Below, one piece after another: positions 12,454-21,735 of a stretch of DNA of 64,000 nucleotides. Below the pieces are notes generated by a model. That model ran no database searches. It was given only the letters and a program-made list of their open reading frames with translations, and had not been told where the DNA came from. Each line of letters starts with the position of its first letter. Within the stretch, counting starts at the first letter, position 1. The translations under genes and the position numbers were made by a program. The stretch comes from an uncultured Planctomycetota bacterium (GTDB lineage Bacteria; Planctomycetota; Planctomycetia; Gemmatales; Gemmataceae), in assembly GCA_963849325.1 (NCBI GenBank), contig CAWKHF010000012.1, forward strand, positions 128,001-192,000, written 5' to 3'.

Positions 12454-12792
12454 ATGTCAAGCGACCTGGGAGTGCTGGAACTCGAATGTGATGCCCCCCC
12501 GTACGCTATCGTGCGGGCTTGTCGAATGCTCGGGATGAACGCTCCCGAGGACGTGCGTTGGTGCCGCAAGGGCCGTCCCCACAAAGAGGGCCACGGCTGG
12601 ATGAGCTTTCTCGCCCGTCGGACCTGGGGCCGTTTGCTCGGTCGAGGACAGGCCGAGGAACCGACCTGCATCTGTGGCCGATCGTTGCCCGACCTGGAGT
12701 GCTACTCGTTTCTCTTCCAGACGGGGGAGCAGGTCGAGTACGCCATGACGCAGTGCCCCCGCTGCCGGACGATTTGCTGGGAAAAAATCTGA
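12454..12792 (+). CDS. Hypothetical protein with Cys pairs (possible Zn ribbon)
   Basis: CICG and CPRC near the C-terminus; AGAGGG RBS. Confidence 0.7.
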   Translation: MSSDLGVLELECDAPPYAIVRACRMLGMNAPEDVRWCRKGRPHKEGHGWMSFLARRTWGRLLGRGQAEEPTCICGRSLPDLECYSFLFQTGEQVEYAMTQCPRCRTICWEKI

Positions 12793-12825
12793 CCCGAACC
12801 AGCCATCGGCCTTTCGTGTACGTGC

Positions 12826-12886
12826 CAGGGCGGTATCTCGCCGCCGATCCGTTTTTCCGTCGGATCGGCGACGAGATACCGCCCTG
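12826..12886. terminator. Long hairpin downstream of the 12454 gene
   Basis: CAGGGCGGTATCTCGCCGCCGATCCG...CGGATCGGCGACGAGATACCGCCCTG. No clear U-tract. Confidence 0.5.
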
Positions 12887-13221
12887 TCGTTGCGCGCGGG
12901 CCTCGCCGGTCCCATGCCGAGGCCGGAATGCGGAAGCCGCGCTCTCCCTGGCGTGCAACGAAGGGATCATGACAGGCATGCCGGTCGGACGCGGCGTGCC
13001 TGCTTTCAAAGCCGAACGCGGCGAAGGGGATCGGTGATCTACAACAATGGTCGCGGCCCCTCATCACCACCGGGCGGGCGCCACAGTGATCTGGAGTCGG
13101 GAGCGCCCTGTCCGGAAGCCGAAGAAAAAGAGCAAGCGAAAGACGCCCGATCCTCGGCGCGCACGTCCCGGCCCGTGTGCGCCCGCGCCGCTCGTGAATC
13201 CCCCCGAAAGGAGAAACCTTG

Positions 13222-14240
13222 ATGGACCGCGTTCGCCTCCCCTTCTCGGGAGTCGCCGCCGTGCTGCTGACCGCATCGGTGGCGGCCGGACAGACTCCCC
13301 AACCTGGGACCGACTACTACAGTTCGATCCCCTTGCTCCGTTTCTTCGCACCCGAAGTCGTCTGGGAACCCCCGATGGAGGAACCCTCGTTCGAGCTGGA
13401 CGAACCGCCGCTGGCATCGATGGCGGACGGCCAACTCGTCTCCTTCGAGACCGTCGTTCCTCCGAAGGACGACCCCGCTCGCATCAAGCCGACGGCCCAG
13501 CCGAGTCAATCCTCCCAACCCTGCGCCGAGCCGGTCGAGGAGTCGGGACCAATGGAATTCGAGGACTTCCCTTCCTTCAGCTGTATGCCCTTCGCGCCGC
13601 CTCCTCCGCCGCCTCCCTGCGATTGCCGCAAATGCCGCCGCCAACGCAAACACAGCGGTTGCGGGCAGGGCTACGGCTACCCTTACGCCGGCGGGCCTTA
13701 CGGCATGAACGGCGGCTGCTGCGGCTATTATCCTCCGCCGCAACAGTGCAGTTCGGGCCACAAGTGTCGCCGTAAGCACCAGGCCCAGCCGAGTTGCCCC
13801 TATCCGGGCTATGGCTATCCGGGCTATGGTTATCCGGGGTTTGCCGGTGGACCAGGACCGTGGGGGGGATGGGATACGATGGCTCGGGCGGCGATGGTTT
13901 CTGCGCCAGCCGCTATCCTCCGCCCTATTGTCCTCCGCCGTATCTATGCAACTCGGGCCACAAGTGCCGCCGCAAGCACCGTAACGACTGCCAAGTTTGT
14001 CCGCGCTGCGGCTATCCCGGCTACGGCCCCGGTGGGTACTACCCGGTGGGCGGTTGGTCCACCGGCTACGACGGGTACAATGGATTCAGCGATCCCAACT
14101 GCTACTCGAATGGCTGCGGCGGCAAGCAGCGCCACGGCCTGTTCCATCGCTGCCGTTCGTGCAAGCAAGGCCCGCCTCCCTATCCTTACCCGTACTACCC
14201 GCCCATGTCGCCGCCGTGCCTGGACTGCGGCGCGTTCTGA
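13222..14240 (+). CDS. Secreted Cys/Gly/Tyr/Pro-rich protein (one frameshift near the G-run at ~13865)
   Basis: AAGGAG RBS and signal-peptide-like start. Acidic Pro-rich half, then repeated CxSGHKCRRKH and GYPGY. Confidence 0.7.
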
Positions 14241-14281
14241 TTCGATTCGTCCGGACGCACCCGGACTCGCCAGGGAATGAC

Positions 14282-14336
14282 AACCGCGATGCGGGGAAGC
14301 GCCGAGAAATCGGACGCTCTCCCCGCATCGCGGTTT
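14282..14336 (+). terminator. Hairpin, possible intrinsic terminator
   Basis: AACCGCGATGCGGGGA...TCCCCGCATCGCGGTT followed by TT. Confidence 0.55.
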
Positions 14337-14444
14337 TCCCTGTGCGCCGGTCGCCACGACAGGTAGTTTAACGAATGGACAAAGGAGCCTCACGCAAAGG
14401 CGCAAAGAGCGCAAAGAAAGACAGGAACGGAAGGACAAGCGGAC

Positions 14445-15224
14445 ATGAGTCTGTCACAAATCGAGAGGCGTCGCCTGGACGAGGACGGCTATCTCGTGCT
14501 GGAAGACTTCATGGGCGCCGGCCTGCTGGTTCGCCTCCGCCAGCGATTGGAACATTTGTTCGCTGAGGAGGGCGAGGTCGCCGGTTCGGAGTTCAAGCCG
14601 GAGCCGGGTTGCCGCCGCCTGGCGAACCTGGTGGACAAGGACGAACTGTTCCGCGAAGTCATCCTCACGCCGCGGCTACTGGAGTACATCCGTCACGTCT
14701 TGGGTCTGGACATCAAGCTCAGCAGTCTCAACGCCCGTTCGGTCAACCCGCACGGTGAACGCGGCCAACCGCTGCACGCCGACATGTCCGCCGTCGCCGA
14801 CGAGCGCGGCTACTGGGTATGCAACTCCGTGTGGATGCTCGACGACTTCACAGCGGACAACGGCGCCCTGCGCGTGGTGCCGGGATCGCACCGCCTGCGG
14901 CGACTGCCGGCGGAGTGCGTGACCGATCCGCTCGCCGACCACCCCGATCAAGTCCTGGTGACGGGCGGCGCGGGCAGCGTCGTCGTTATCAACGCCCACG
15001 CCTGGCACGCCGGGACCGCCAACCGGACGGCCCACTCGCGCACCGCCCTGCACGCCTTCTATTGCCGCCGCGATCGGCCGCAGCAGCAGTATCAGAAGCG
15101 GCTGCTACGGTCGGAAGTGCAGCAAGCCCTATCGGCCTCGCTCCGCGATCTGCTGGCGTTGGATGACCCGTTGAACGATCAACTCAGCGCCGAGGTCGCC
15201 GTTCGCAGCGGCGTCTTGAAGTGA
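14445..15224 (+). CDS. Phytanoyl-CoA dioxygenase (PhyH) family Fe(II)/2OG enzyme
   Basis: DGYLVLE, QPLHAD (HxD), WMLDDFTADNGALRVVPGSH and WHAGTAN. Confidence 0.92.
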   Translation: MSLSQIERRRLDEDGYLVLEDFMGAGLLVRLRQRLEHLFAEEGEVAGSEFKPEPGCRRLANLVDKDELFREVILTPRLLEYIRHVLGLDIKLSSLNARSVNPHGERGQPLHADMSAVADERGYWVCNSVWMLDDFTADNGALRVVPGSHRLRRLPAECVTDPLADHPDQVLVTGGAGSVVVINAHAWHAGTANRTAHSRTALHAFYCRRDRPQQQYQKRLLRSEVQQALSASLRDLLALDDPLNDQLSAEVAVRSGVLK

Positions 15225-15248
15225 CCGCGTGGACGGGTGAAAACCGCA

Positions 15249-15317
15249 TAAAAAAAGCCGAAAAAGTAAAATTATCTACCAGGTTGGGGTTACAAAAACG
15301 GCTGGTAGGGATATAAT
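15249..15317 (+). promoter_or_regulatory. Sigma-70-type promoter with A-rich upstream tract
   Basis: Perfect TATAAT at 15312-15317, GTTACA 17 bp upstream, and A-tracts further upstream. Confidence 0.65.
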
Positions 15318-15434
15318 GATATTACTGGAGTTGAAGGAGCGGCAGCGGCCGCGTCAGAGCGATTCTCGAATGCTTGGGGCTGTGTTTCCTGTCCTGCTCC
15401 CCAATCACGGAACTAATACGAAGAGGTACTTGCC

Positions 15435-15971
15435 ATGCTAGATCAGCAAGAGCGGACCACTACCCCCACGGACGAGGTTGTGCATACCGAAACTTGGGAC
15501 GCCGCGACGCCCGGCGTCGAAACTTCGAGCGATCCGAGCCATCTTCCGGTCATGGAGGAGACGCCTCCCGCCACGGTCGAGGCGGAGGTTGCGAAGAGGC
15601 CGGACGTTCCTTTCATTGAGGGCAACGGTGTCGAAGTGGAGGGCCGGCACGCTCGGGCGGGGCGAAAGGGTGCTCATCGCGTCCACCAGCTCATCCAGGA
15701 GGGTCGGCTGTACGAGCAAGAGCACGGTCTGAAAAGCGGCCGGCAGCGGCTTCGCCAGCTCATCGAGTTGGGGAAGCTCTACGAGCAGGATCACGGCTTG
15801 CGGCCGACCCGGCCGAACACGCGCGGACAGCGTTTGTCCCGAACGGATCGCGAGGAACTCGTCTCCACCCTCCTGCACTGTCTGCTCCGCATGGTGAAGC
15901 CGTCGTTCCGGCCCGAACTGGCACGACTGGTCCAGGCGCTGGAAGAAACGACGGACGGTCACGCCGCGTAA
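15435..15971 (+). CDS. Hypothetical protein with tandem helical repeat
   Basis: GAGGT RBS; QLIQEGRLYEQEHGL and QLIELGKLYEQDHGL. Confidence 0.75.
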   Translation: MLDQQERTTTPTDEVVHTETWDAATPGVETSSDPSHLPVMEETPPATVEAEVAKRPDVPFIEGNGVEVEGRHARAGRKGAHRVHQLIQEGRLYEQEHGLKSGRQRLRQLIELGKLYEQDHGLRPTRPNTRGQRLSRTDREELVSTLLHCLLRMVKPSFRPELARLVQALEETTDGHAA

Positions 15972-15975
15972 GAAT

Positions 15976-16064
15976 CTCTCTTTCAACGGACGAGCCGGGA
16001 GCGTCCGCGACCGGAGGAATATCCTCCGGTCGCGGACGCTCCCGGCTCGTCCGTTGAAAGAGAG
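15976..16064. repeat. Long perfect palindrome (REPIN-like)
   Basis: CTCTCTTTCAACGGACGAGCCGGGAGCGTCCGCGACCGGAGGA-ATA-reverse complement. Confidence 0.88.
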
Positions 16065-16105
16065 TTCGTATATTCAGGACATATCCGGGACGAGGAACCA
16101 TAACC

Positions 16106-17068
16106 ATGAGACGCATCCTGTCCGTGACAGCGGCCCTGGCCGGAGTGCTGGCGGGCGGGTGCGCCAACGACGACTCCTCGCCGGTCCCGCCGTCGCGGGG
16201 GGTGATCGGACTGTCGGTGCTGACCCTGACCAATCCGTTTTTCCAGGAGATCGCCGACAATCTCACGGATGAGGCGGCCCGGCACGGTTACGACACGATC
16301 GTGGTCAGCGGCGAGTTCGACCCGGCGCGACAGCAGAACCAGGTCAAGGACTTCCTCGTCCGCAAGGTTGCCGCCATCGTCCTGTGTCCGTGCGACTCCA
16401 AGGCCATCGGTTCGGCGATCCAGCAGGCCAACGCCGAGGGTGTCCCGGTGTTCACCTGTGACATCGCCTGCCTGGCGCCGGGGGCGGAGGTGGTCAGCCA
16501 CGTCGCCAGCGACAACTACGCCGGCGGTCGGCAGGCGGGGCAAGCCCTCCTCGAAGCCCTCGGCGACTCCGGCGGCAAGGTGGCCATCCTCGGTCACAAG
16601 CCGGTCGAGTCATGTCAGATGCGCGTCCGCGGCTTTCAGGACGTGATCGCGTCCCACAACCGCACGGGAGCGGGCGGCAAGGTCGTCGTCGTCGCCGAGT
16701 TGCCCGGCGGCGGCGTCAAGGACCAGGGTTACAAGTCGGCCGAGGATTTGCTTCAAACCTACGCCGACCTGGCCGGCATCTTCGCCATCAACGATCCGTC
16801 GGCGCTGGGCGCCCGCGCCGCCCTGGAGAAGGCCGACCGCGACGACCAGGTCAAGCTGATCGGCTTCGACGGCCAGCCGGAGGGCCGGCAAGCCATCAAG
16901 GACGGCCGCATCTACGCCGACCCCGTGCAGTACCCCGACCGCATCGGCCGCGAGACGGCCCGCGTCATCGCTCGCTATTTCGAGGGCGAGCCGGTGCCGC
17001 TGGAGGTGCTCATCCCGACCGGACTGTACCGCAAGGCCGACGCCGACACGGACGCGAGCTTGAAGTAA
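16106..17068 (+). CDS. Sugar ABC transporter substrate-binding lipoprotein (RbsB-like)
   Basis: LAGGC lipobox, IGLSVLTLTNPFF, ASDNYAGG, FAINDPSALGA and IGFDG. Confidence 0.92.
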   Translation: MRRILSVTAALAGVLAGGCANDDSSPVPPSRGVIGLSVLTLTNPFFQEIADNLTDEAARHGYDTIVVSGEFDPARQQNQVKDFLVRKVAAIVLCPCDSKAIGSAIQQANAEGVPVFTCDIACLAPGAEVVSHVASDNYAGGRQAGQALLEALGDSGGKVAILGHKPVESCQMRVRGFQDVIASHNRTGAGGKVVVVAELPGGGVKDQGYKSAEDLLQTYADLAGIFAINDPSALGARAALEKADRDDQVKLIGFDGQPEGRQAIKDGRIYADPVQYPDRIGRETARVIARYFEGEPVPLEVLIPTGLYRKADADTDASLK

Positions 17069-17075
17069 GAGCATT

Positions 17076-17140
17076 GTTTAGCCGCGACGCGCAGCGGAGC
17101 GCGGGGCAGCCCCGCGCTCCGCTGCGCGTCGCGGCTAAAC
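17076..17140. repeat. Palindrome family A copy 2 (inside the ABC operon)
   Basis: Arms identical to 2055-2119 with a different loop. Confidence 0.9.
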
Positions 17141-17165
17141 GAGGAGACAAGGGATCGACAACTCC

Positions 17166-18656
17166 ATGACGACCGCCGAGTCCTTTCTCCTGTCGATGCG
17201 CGGGATCGTGAAATCGTTCCCTGGCGTCCGCGCCTTGCGCGGCGTGGACCTCGACTTGCGCCGGGGAGGTGCTGGCGCTCCTGGGCGAGAACGGCGCCGG
17301 CAAAAGCACGCTCATCAAGGTGCTGGCCGGAGCGCATCAGCCGGACGCGGGGAGCATTCTCCTCGACGGCCGACAGACGCGCCTTGCGGGGCCGTTCGAC
17401 GCCCGACGGCTGGGAGTGGCGGTCATCTATCAGGAGTTCAATCTGGTGCCGTCGCTGACGGCGGTGGAGAACATCTTTCTCGGTCAGGAGCCGGCCCGCG
17501 CCGGCTTCGTCCGTCGCGGCGAGGAGCGTCGTCGCGCCGCCGAGCTGTTTGCCCGCATCGGCGTGGCGGTCGATCCCGACGCTCCCTGCCGCGAGCTGAC
17601 GGTGGCCCAGCAGCAGATCGTCGAAATCGCGCGGGCGCTGGCGCTGGAGGCTCGTATCGTCGTCATGGACGAACCCAGCGCCACGCTGACGCCGCGCGAG
17701 GTCGAACGCCTGTTCGGCGTTATCCGCGACCTGCGCGCCCGCGGCATCGGCATCGTCTACATCAGCCACCGACTCGATGAGGTCTTCGCCATCGCCGACC
17801 GCGTCCTGGTGCTGCGCGACGGGGCGGCGGTGGACTGCCGGCCCATCGGGGAGGTCACGCGCGATGAGCTGATCCGTCTCATGGTTGGCCGGCGACTGGA
17901 GGAGGAGTTTCCCCGCGCCAGGTCGCCATTGGTCCGCCGCGCCTGGTGGTGCGTGGCCTGGGCCGGGGGAGGCGGGTGCGCCACGTCTCCTTCGAGATCC
18001 GGCGCGGCGAGGTGCTGGGTCTGACGGGGCTGGTCGGCGCCGGCCGCACGGAGATGGCCCGGCTCCTCTTCGGCGCCGACCGGGCCGAGTCGGGCACCGT
18101 CGAGCTGGACGGCCGAGTGCTCGCCATCCGTTCGCCGCGCGACGCCATCCGCGCCGGCATCGCGCTGTTGACCGAGGACCGCAAGGGGCAGGGATTGATG
18201 CTGGGCCAGTCGGTGCGCGAGAACTTCGCCCTGCCGAACCTGGGCCGGTTGTCGTCGCTGGGCTTCGTCAACGCGCGGGCGGAGCGGCGGGCACTGGCTC
18301 GTCACATCGAAGGTCTGCGCATCCGCCTGTCTGGTCCGGAGCAAGCGGCCGGCACCCTGTCGGGCGGCAATCAGCAGAAGGTGGTCTTGGCCAAGTGGCT
18401 GGAGCGCGACTGCGACGTGATCCTGTTCGATGAGCCGACGCGGGGCATCGATGTGGGGGCCAAGGTCGAGATCTACCGCCTCATCAACGACCTGGCCGCG
18501 GCCGGCAAGGCCATCCTTCTGATTAGCTCGGAGCTGCCGGAGATACTGGGCATGAGCGACCGCATTCTGGTGATGCACGAAGGCCGGTTGACCGGCGAAA
18601 TCACGGACGTTGCCGCCGCGACCCAGGAGCAGATTCTTCGCTTGGCGGTGGGGTGA
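17166..18656 (+). CDS. Sugar ABC transporter ATPase (RbsA-like, two nucleotide-binding domains; frameshifted)
   Basis: KSFPGVRAL, GENGAGKST, MDEPSA, YISHRL, LSGGNQQK and FDEPTRGIDVGAK. Confidence 0.93.
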
Positions 18657-18660
18657 GGAC

Positions 18661-20019
18661 ATGACCGAACGTCGCTTGCCGCCGATGCTGTCGCGCTTCC
18701 TGTCCGACTACGGCATGTCCCTGGTGCTGCTGCTCTTGTGCATCTACTACAGTGCCGTCACCTTCTCCTTGCAGGATCCGTCCGGCACCGCTGGCGGCGA
18801 ACAACTGGCGCGGACGATACACGACCGACTCGGCTCGTCCGGCCGTGTCCTCCTCGTGACACGCGGCACGCGCGAGGACGCCGCCTTCGCCGAGGCCACC
18901 CATCGGCGGCTGGAGGCGGCGGGCGTGCGCGTCGTAGACGACGTGCGCGGCCGGCCATCCGACGCCCGCGCGGCGCTGGAACGCCTCGCCGAGTCCGGCG
19001 AGAAGCTCGACGCCATCGCCGCCAACCAGGCCACGAGTTCCTGGGCCATCCTCCAGCACGTCGGGGCGAGATTTCCGCAGCTGGGCGACGTGCCGGTGCT
19101 GACCCCGCCGCGCTACTGGTGGCCCAACTTTCTCAAGGCCGACAACCTCCGCAACATCGCCGACCAGATCGTCATCATCGCCATCCTCGCCGTGGGCATG
19201 ACCTTCGTCGTCCTCACCGGCGGCATTGACCTGTCGGTCGGCAGCCTCATCGCCCTGTCGGCGGTGACGGCCACCTTGCTCATCCGCGATGCGGCCGGGG
19301 CAGAGGCGGCGACAGTTGGCGGCATGGTCCTGTGCTGCCTGGCCGCGGTCGCCCTGTGTGGACTGGTTGGCCTGTTTTCCGGGTCGATGGTGACGTTCTT
19401 CCAGGTGCCGTCGTTCATCGTCACCTTGGCGATAATGCTGGTCGCGCGCGGCCTGGCCTCGGAGGCATCGCAAGGGCAGTCGGTCTACCAGGTGCCGGCC
19501 GCGTTCGTGTGGCTGGGCGGCGGCGCCGACGTGCTGGGCATTCCCAACGGCGTATTACTGATGATCGTGCTGTACCTGGCCGCGCACGTGGTCATGACGC
19601 GCATGACGCTGGGACGTTACGTCTACGCCATCGGCGGCAACGCCGAGGCGGCCCGGCTGTCCGGCGTGCCGGTGCGGGCTGTTCTGTTGCTGGTGTACTC
19701 GCTGTGCGCCGCCCTGGCCGGACTCGGCGGCATCGTCATGGCCTCGCGTCTCAAGAGCGGCTCGCCGATCTACGGCCAGATGTATGAGCTGTACGCCATC
19801 GCCGCCGTGGTCGTCGGCGGCACCAGCCTGTCCGGTGGCGAGGGCAAGGTCTTCGGCACGCTCATCGGCGCCTTCATCATCGCCGTCATCAAGAATGGCA
19901 TGAACCTCACCGGCGTCACGCCGTTTCGGCAAGACGTGGTCTTCGGCCTGGTCATCCTCGGTGCCGTGCTGCTGGACCGCCTCAAAGGGGCCGGCGCTCG
20001 ACCGGGGTATCGCGGTTAG
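18661..20019 (+). CDS. Sugar ABC permease (RbsC-like) with an extra soluble insert
   Basis: GMTFVVLTGGIDLSVGS, VPSFIVTL, GGNAEAARLSG and AVVVGGTSLSGG. About 115 hydrophilic residues after TM1. Confidence 0.92.
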   Translation: MTERRLPPMLSRFLSDYGMSLVLLLLCIYYSAVTFSLQDPSGTAGGEQLARTIHDRLGSSGRVLLVTRGTREDAAFAEATHRRLEAAGVRVVDDVRGRPSDARAALERLAESGEKLDAIAANQATSSWAILQHVGARFPQLGDVPVLTPPRYWWPNFLKADNLRNIADQIVIIAILAVGMTFVVLTGGIDLSVGSLIALSAVTATLLIRDAAGAEAATVGGMVLCCLAAVALCGLVGLFSGSMVTFFQVPSFIVTLAIMLVARGLASEASQGQSVYQVPAAFVWLGGGADVLGIPNGVLLMIVLYLAAHVVMTRMTLGRYVYAIGGNAEAARLSGVPVRAVLLLVYSLCAALAGLGGIVMASRLKSGSPIYGQMYELYAIAAVVVGGTSLSGGEGKVFGTLIGAFIIAVIKNGMNLTGVTPFRQDVVFGLVILGAVLLDRLKGAGARPGYRG

Positions 20020-20036
20020 CGGCGACGCGCGCTCCG

Positions 20037-21073
20037 CTAGGATCGGCTCTGATACAGCGCCGCCAGGGCCGCGCCGATCGCCTGGGACAGATCCCCCAGG
20101 GCCGCGGGGACGATGTTCATGCGGGCGCGCTGAGCGGGCCACAACAAGGGAGCGGCGGCCTCGCGGACAATTCGCAGGTAGCGTTCGCGGAACGCCTCGG
20201 TCGTGGCCTCGGGGTCCATCAGTCCGCCGCCGATGACGACGAATTCCGGATCGAGGGCCATGGCCAGGTTGGCGACGTGCAATCCCAGCGCCGCGCCTGG
20301 AAGTCAAAAATCTCGCCGGCCAAGACGTCCCCTCGCTGGGCCAGGCCGCGCACGGCCAGCGCCCGCTCCTTGGTGTCCAGCGGCGAGTGCGCCAGCTCGT
20401 GATCGGGATGCTGGGCGAGCCTTTCCTCCAGGAGATGCGGGAGACCGGAGAGGGTGGTGTACACCTCGATGCAGCCCCAGGTACGTCCACAGCCGCATGG
20501 ATACGGCCGCGCCCCTAGCTCGTGCAGCGGTGCCGGCATGTGCCCCGCTTCCATGCCGGCCAGCGTATCGCCCTGTAACGGCAGTCCATCGCGGCCGATG
20601 TAGGCGCAGCCCAGTCCGGAGCCGGGTGCCAGCAGCACGACCGTACCCGTGCCGGTGCCGCGCACTCGCCGCGCCTCGGCCACGCCGCCGAGGTCGCCGT
20701 CGTTGCCGACCATGAGCGGCACGGATCGACCCGCTCGCTCGGCCAGGGCGCTGCTATAGGCGCGATGCACATCGAAGCCGGTGAAGTTCGGCGGCAGATT
20801 GGCCGAGCGGTCGAGCACTCCGTAACGCTGGAACGGCCCGGGGATGGCCAGGCCCACGCCATGCACCTGGTCCCACGTCAATCCGTTTTGCGCCAGAAAT
20901 TCGTTGACGGACTCGACCCAGCCATGAACGACGGACTCCGGTCCCTGACGAGCGTTGGTCGGCCTCTGCAAGAGACGGGTCGAGACGGCCGTGCCGTCGT
21001 CCCAGACCGCCCCCACCTTAGAAGTGGTGGCCCCGCCGTCGGTGCCCACGTAGACCGGCCGCCCCTGGCTCAT
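20037..21073 (-). CDS. ROK family sugar kinase (frameshifted)
   Basis: VGTDGGAT, GVGLAIPGP, VGNDG, GSGLGC, EAGHM, CGCGRTWGCIE and VIGGG. Confidence 0.88.
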
Positions 21074-21113
21074 CGTTTCACCCGCCTTTCTCCTCCATAA
21101 CTCTATACAAAAA

Positions 21114-21224
21114 CAGCCTCACGCAAAGGCGCAAAGAACGCAAAGGACAAGAGACAGAGGGGAAAAATCGACCTTCCCCTCTCTCTCTTGTCCTTTGCGT
21201 TCTTCGCGTCTTTGCGTGAGGCTG
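21114..21224. repeat. Inverted repeat with CGCAAAG tandem units
   Basis: CAGCCTCACGCAAAGGCGCAAAGAACGCAAAGGA...TCCTTTGCGTTCTTCGCGTCTTTGCGTGAGGCTG. A half copy lies at 14386-14418. Confidence 0.85.
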
Positions 21225-21225
21225 C

Positions 21226-21588
21226 TTACTCCTCGATGGCGGGCACGGAGGGCAAACCCGGCAGAGCGGTCGCCTCTTCGGTCTTGCGATAGCCCAGCGA
21301 ACGGAGCACTTCGAGCACTTCGCTCCAGGTGGGGAAGGGTCGGCGGTTGGAGCGTTTGTACTGGTCCATCGCCTTCATGAAGATGATTTCCTCGTCGCTG
21401 TAGTCCTTTTCGCAGGTGGTGGGATCCACCTGGCGCCGGCGTTCGCCCTGGTTGCGGCGGTCCTTGCCGCCGCGGCGCTCGATGGCGACCGGGATGGCGC
21501 GCTTGCGGCGGTCGTTGTGCTGACGGCGATCGCCGCCCCGCCGGTCGGTGACCACGAACTCTGAAGAAGGCGTGCTGTCGCTGCTCAT
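21226..21588 (-). CDS. Hypothetical protein with (D/E)RR repeats
   Basis: GAGGT RBS; DRR/ERR repeats, then DPTTCEKDYSDEEIIFMKAMDQYKR and FPTWSEVLEVL. Confidence 0.78.
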   Translation of the reverse strand: MSSDSTPSSEFVVTDRRGGDRRQHNDRRKRAIPVAIERRGGKDRRNQGERRRQVDPTTCEKDYSDEEIIFMKAMDQYKRSNRRPFPTWSEVLEVLRSLGYRKTEEATALPGLPSVPAIEE

Positions 21589-21735
21589 GGTTGAACCTCG
21601 TCGCCTCGCCGGGCAGAATATGGGGAATATGAGGCCTCTTTTTCGAGTATAGCTCAAAGACCGACCGGGCAAACTTTACCGGAAGGGAAAAGCGGCGCGC
21701 GGTCTGTCGATCCGCCCGGAGAAACGCTAATGCTG

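Noticed and set aside
16106-21073. Calling the sugar ABC operon specifically ribose (rbs)
   Set aside because: The family is clear but the substrate cannot be read from sequence, and the adjacent kinase is ROK-type, not ribokinase.
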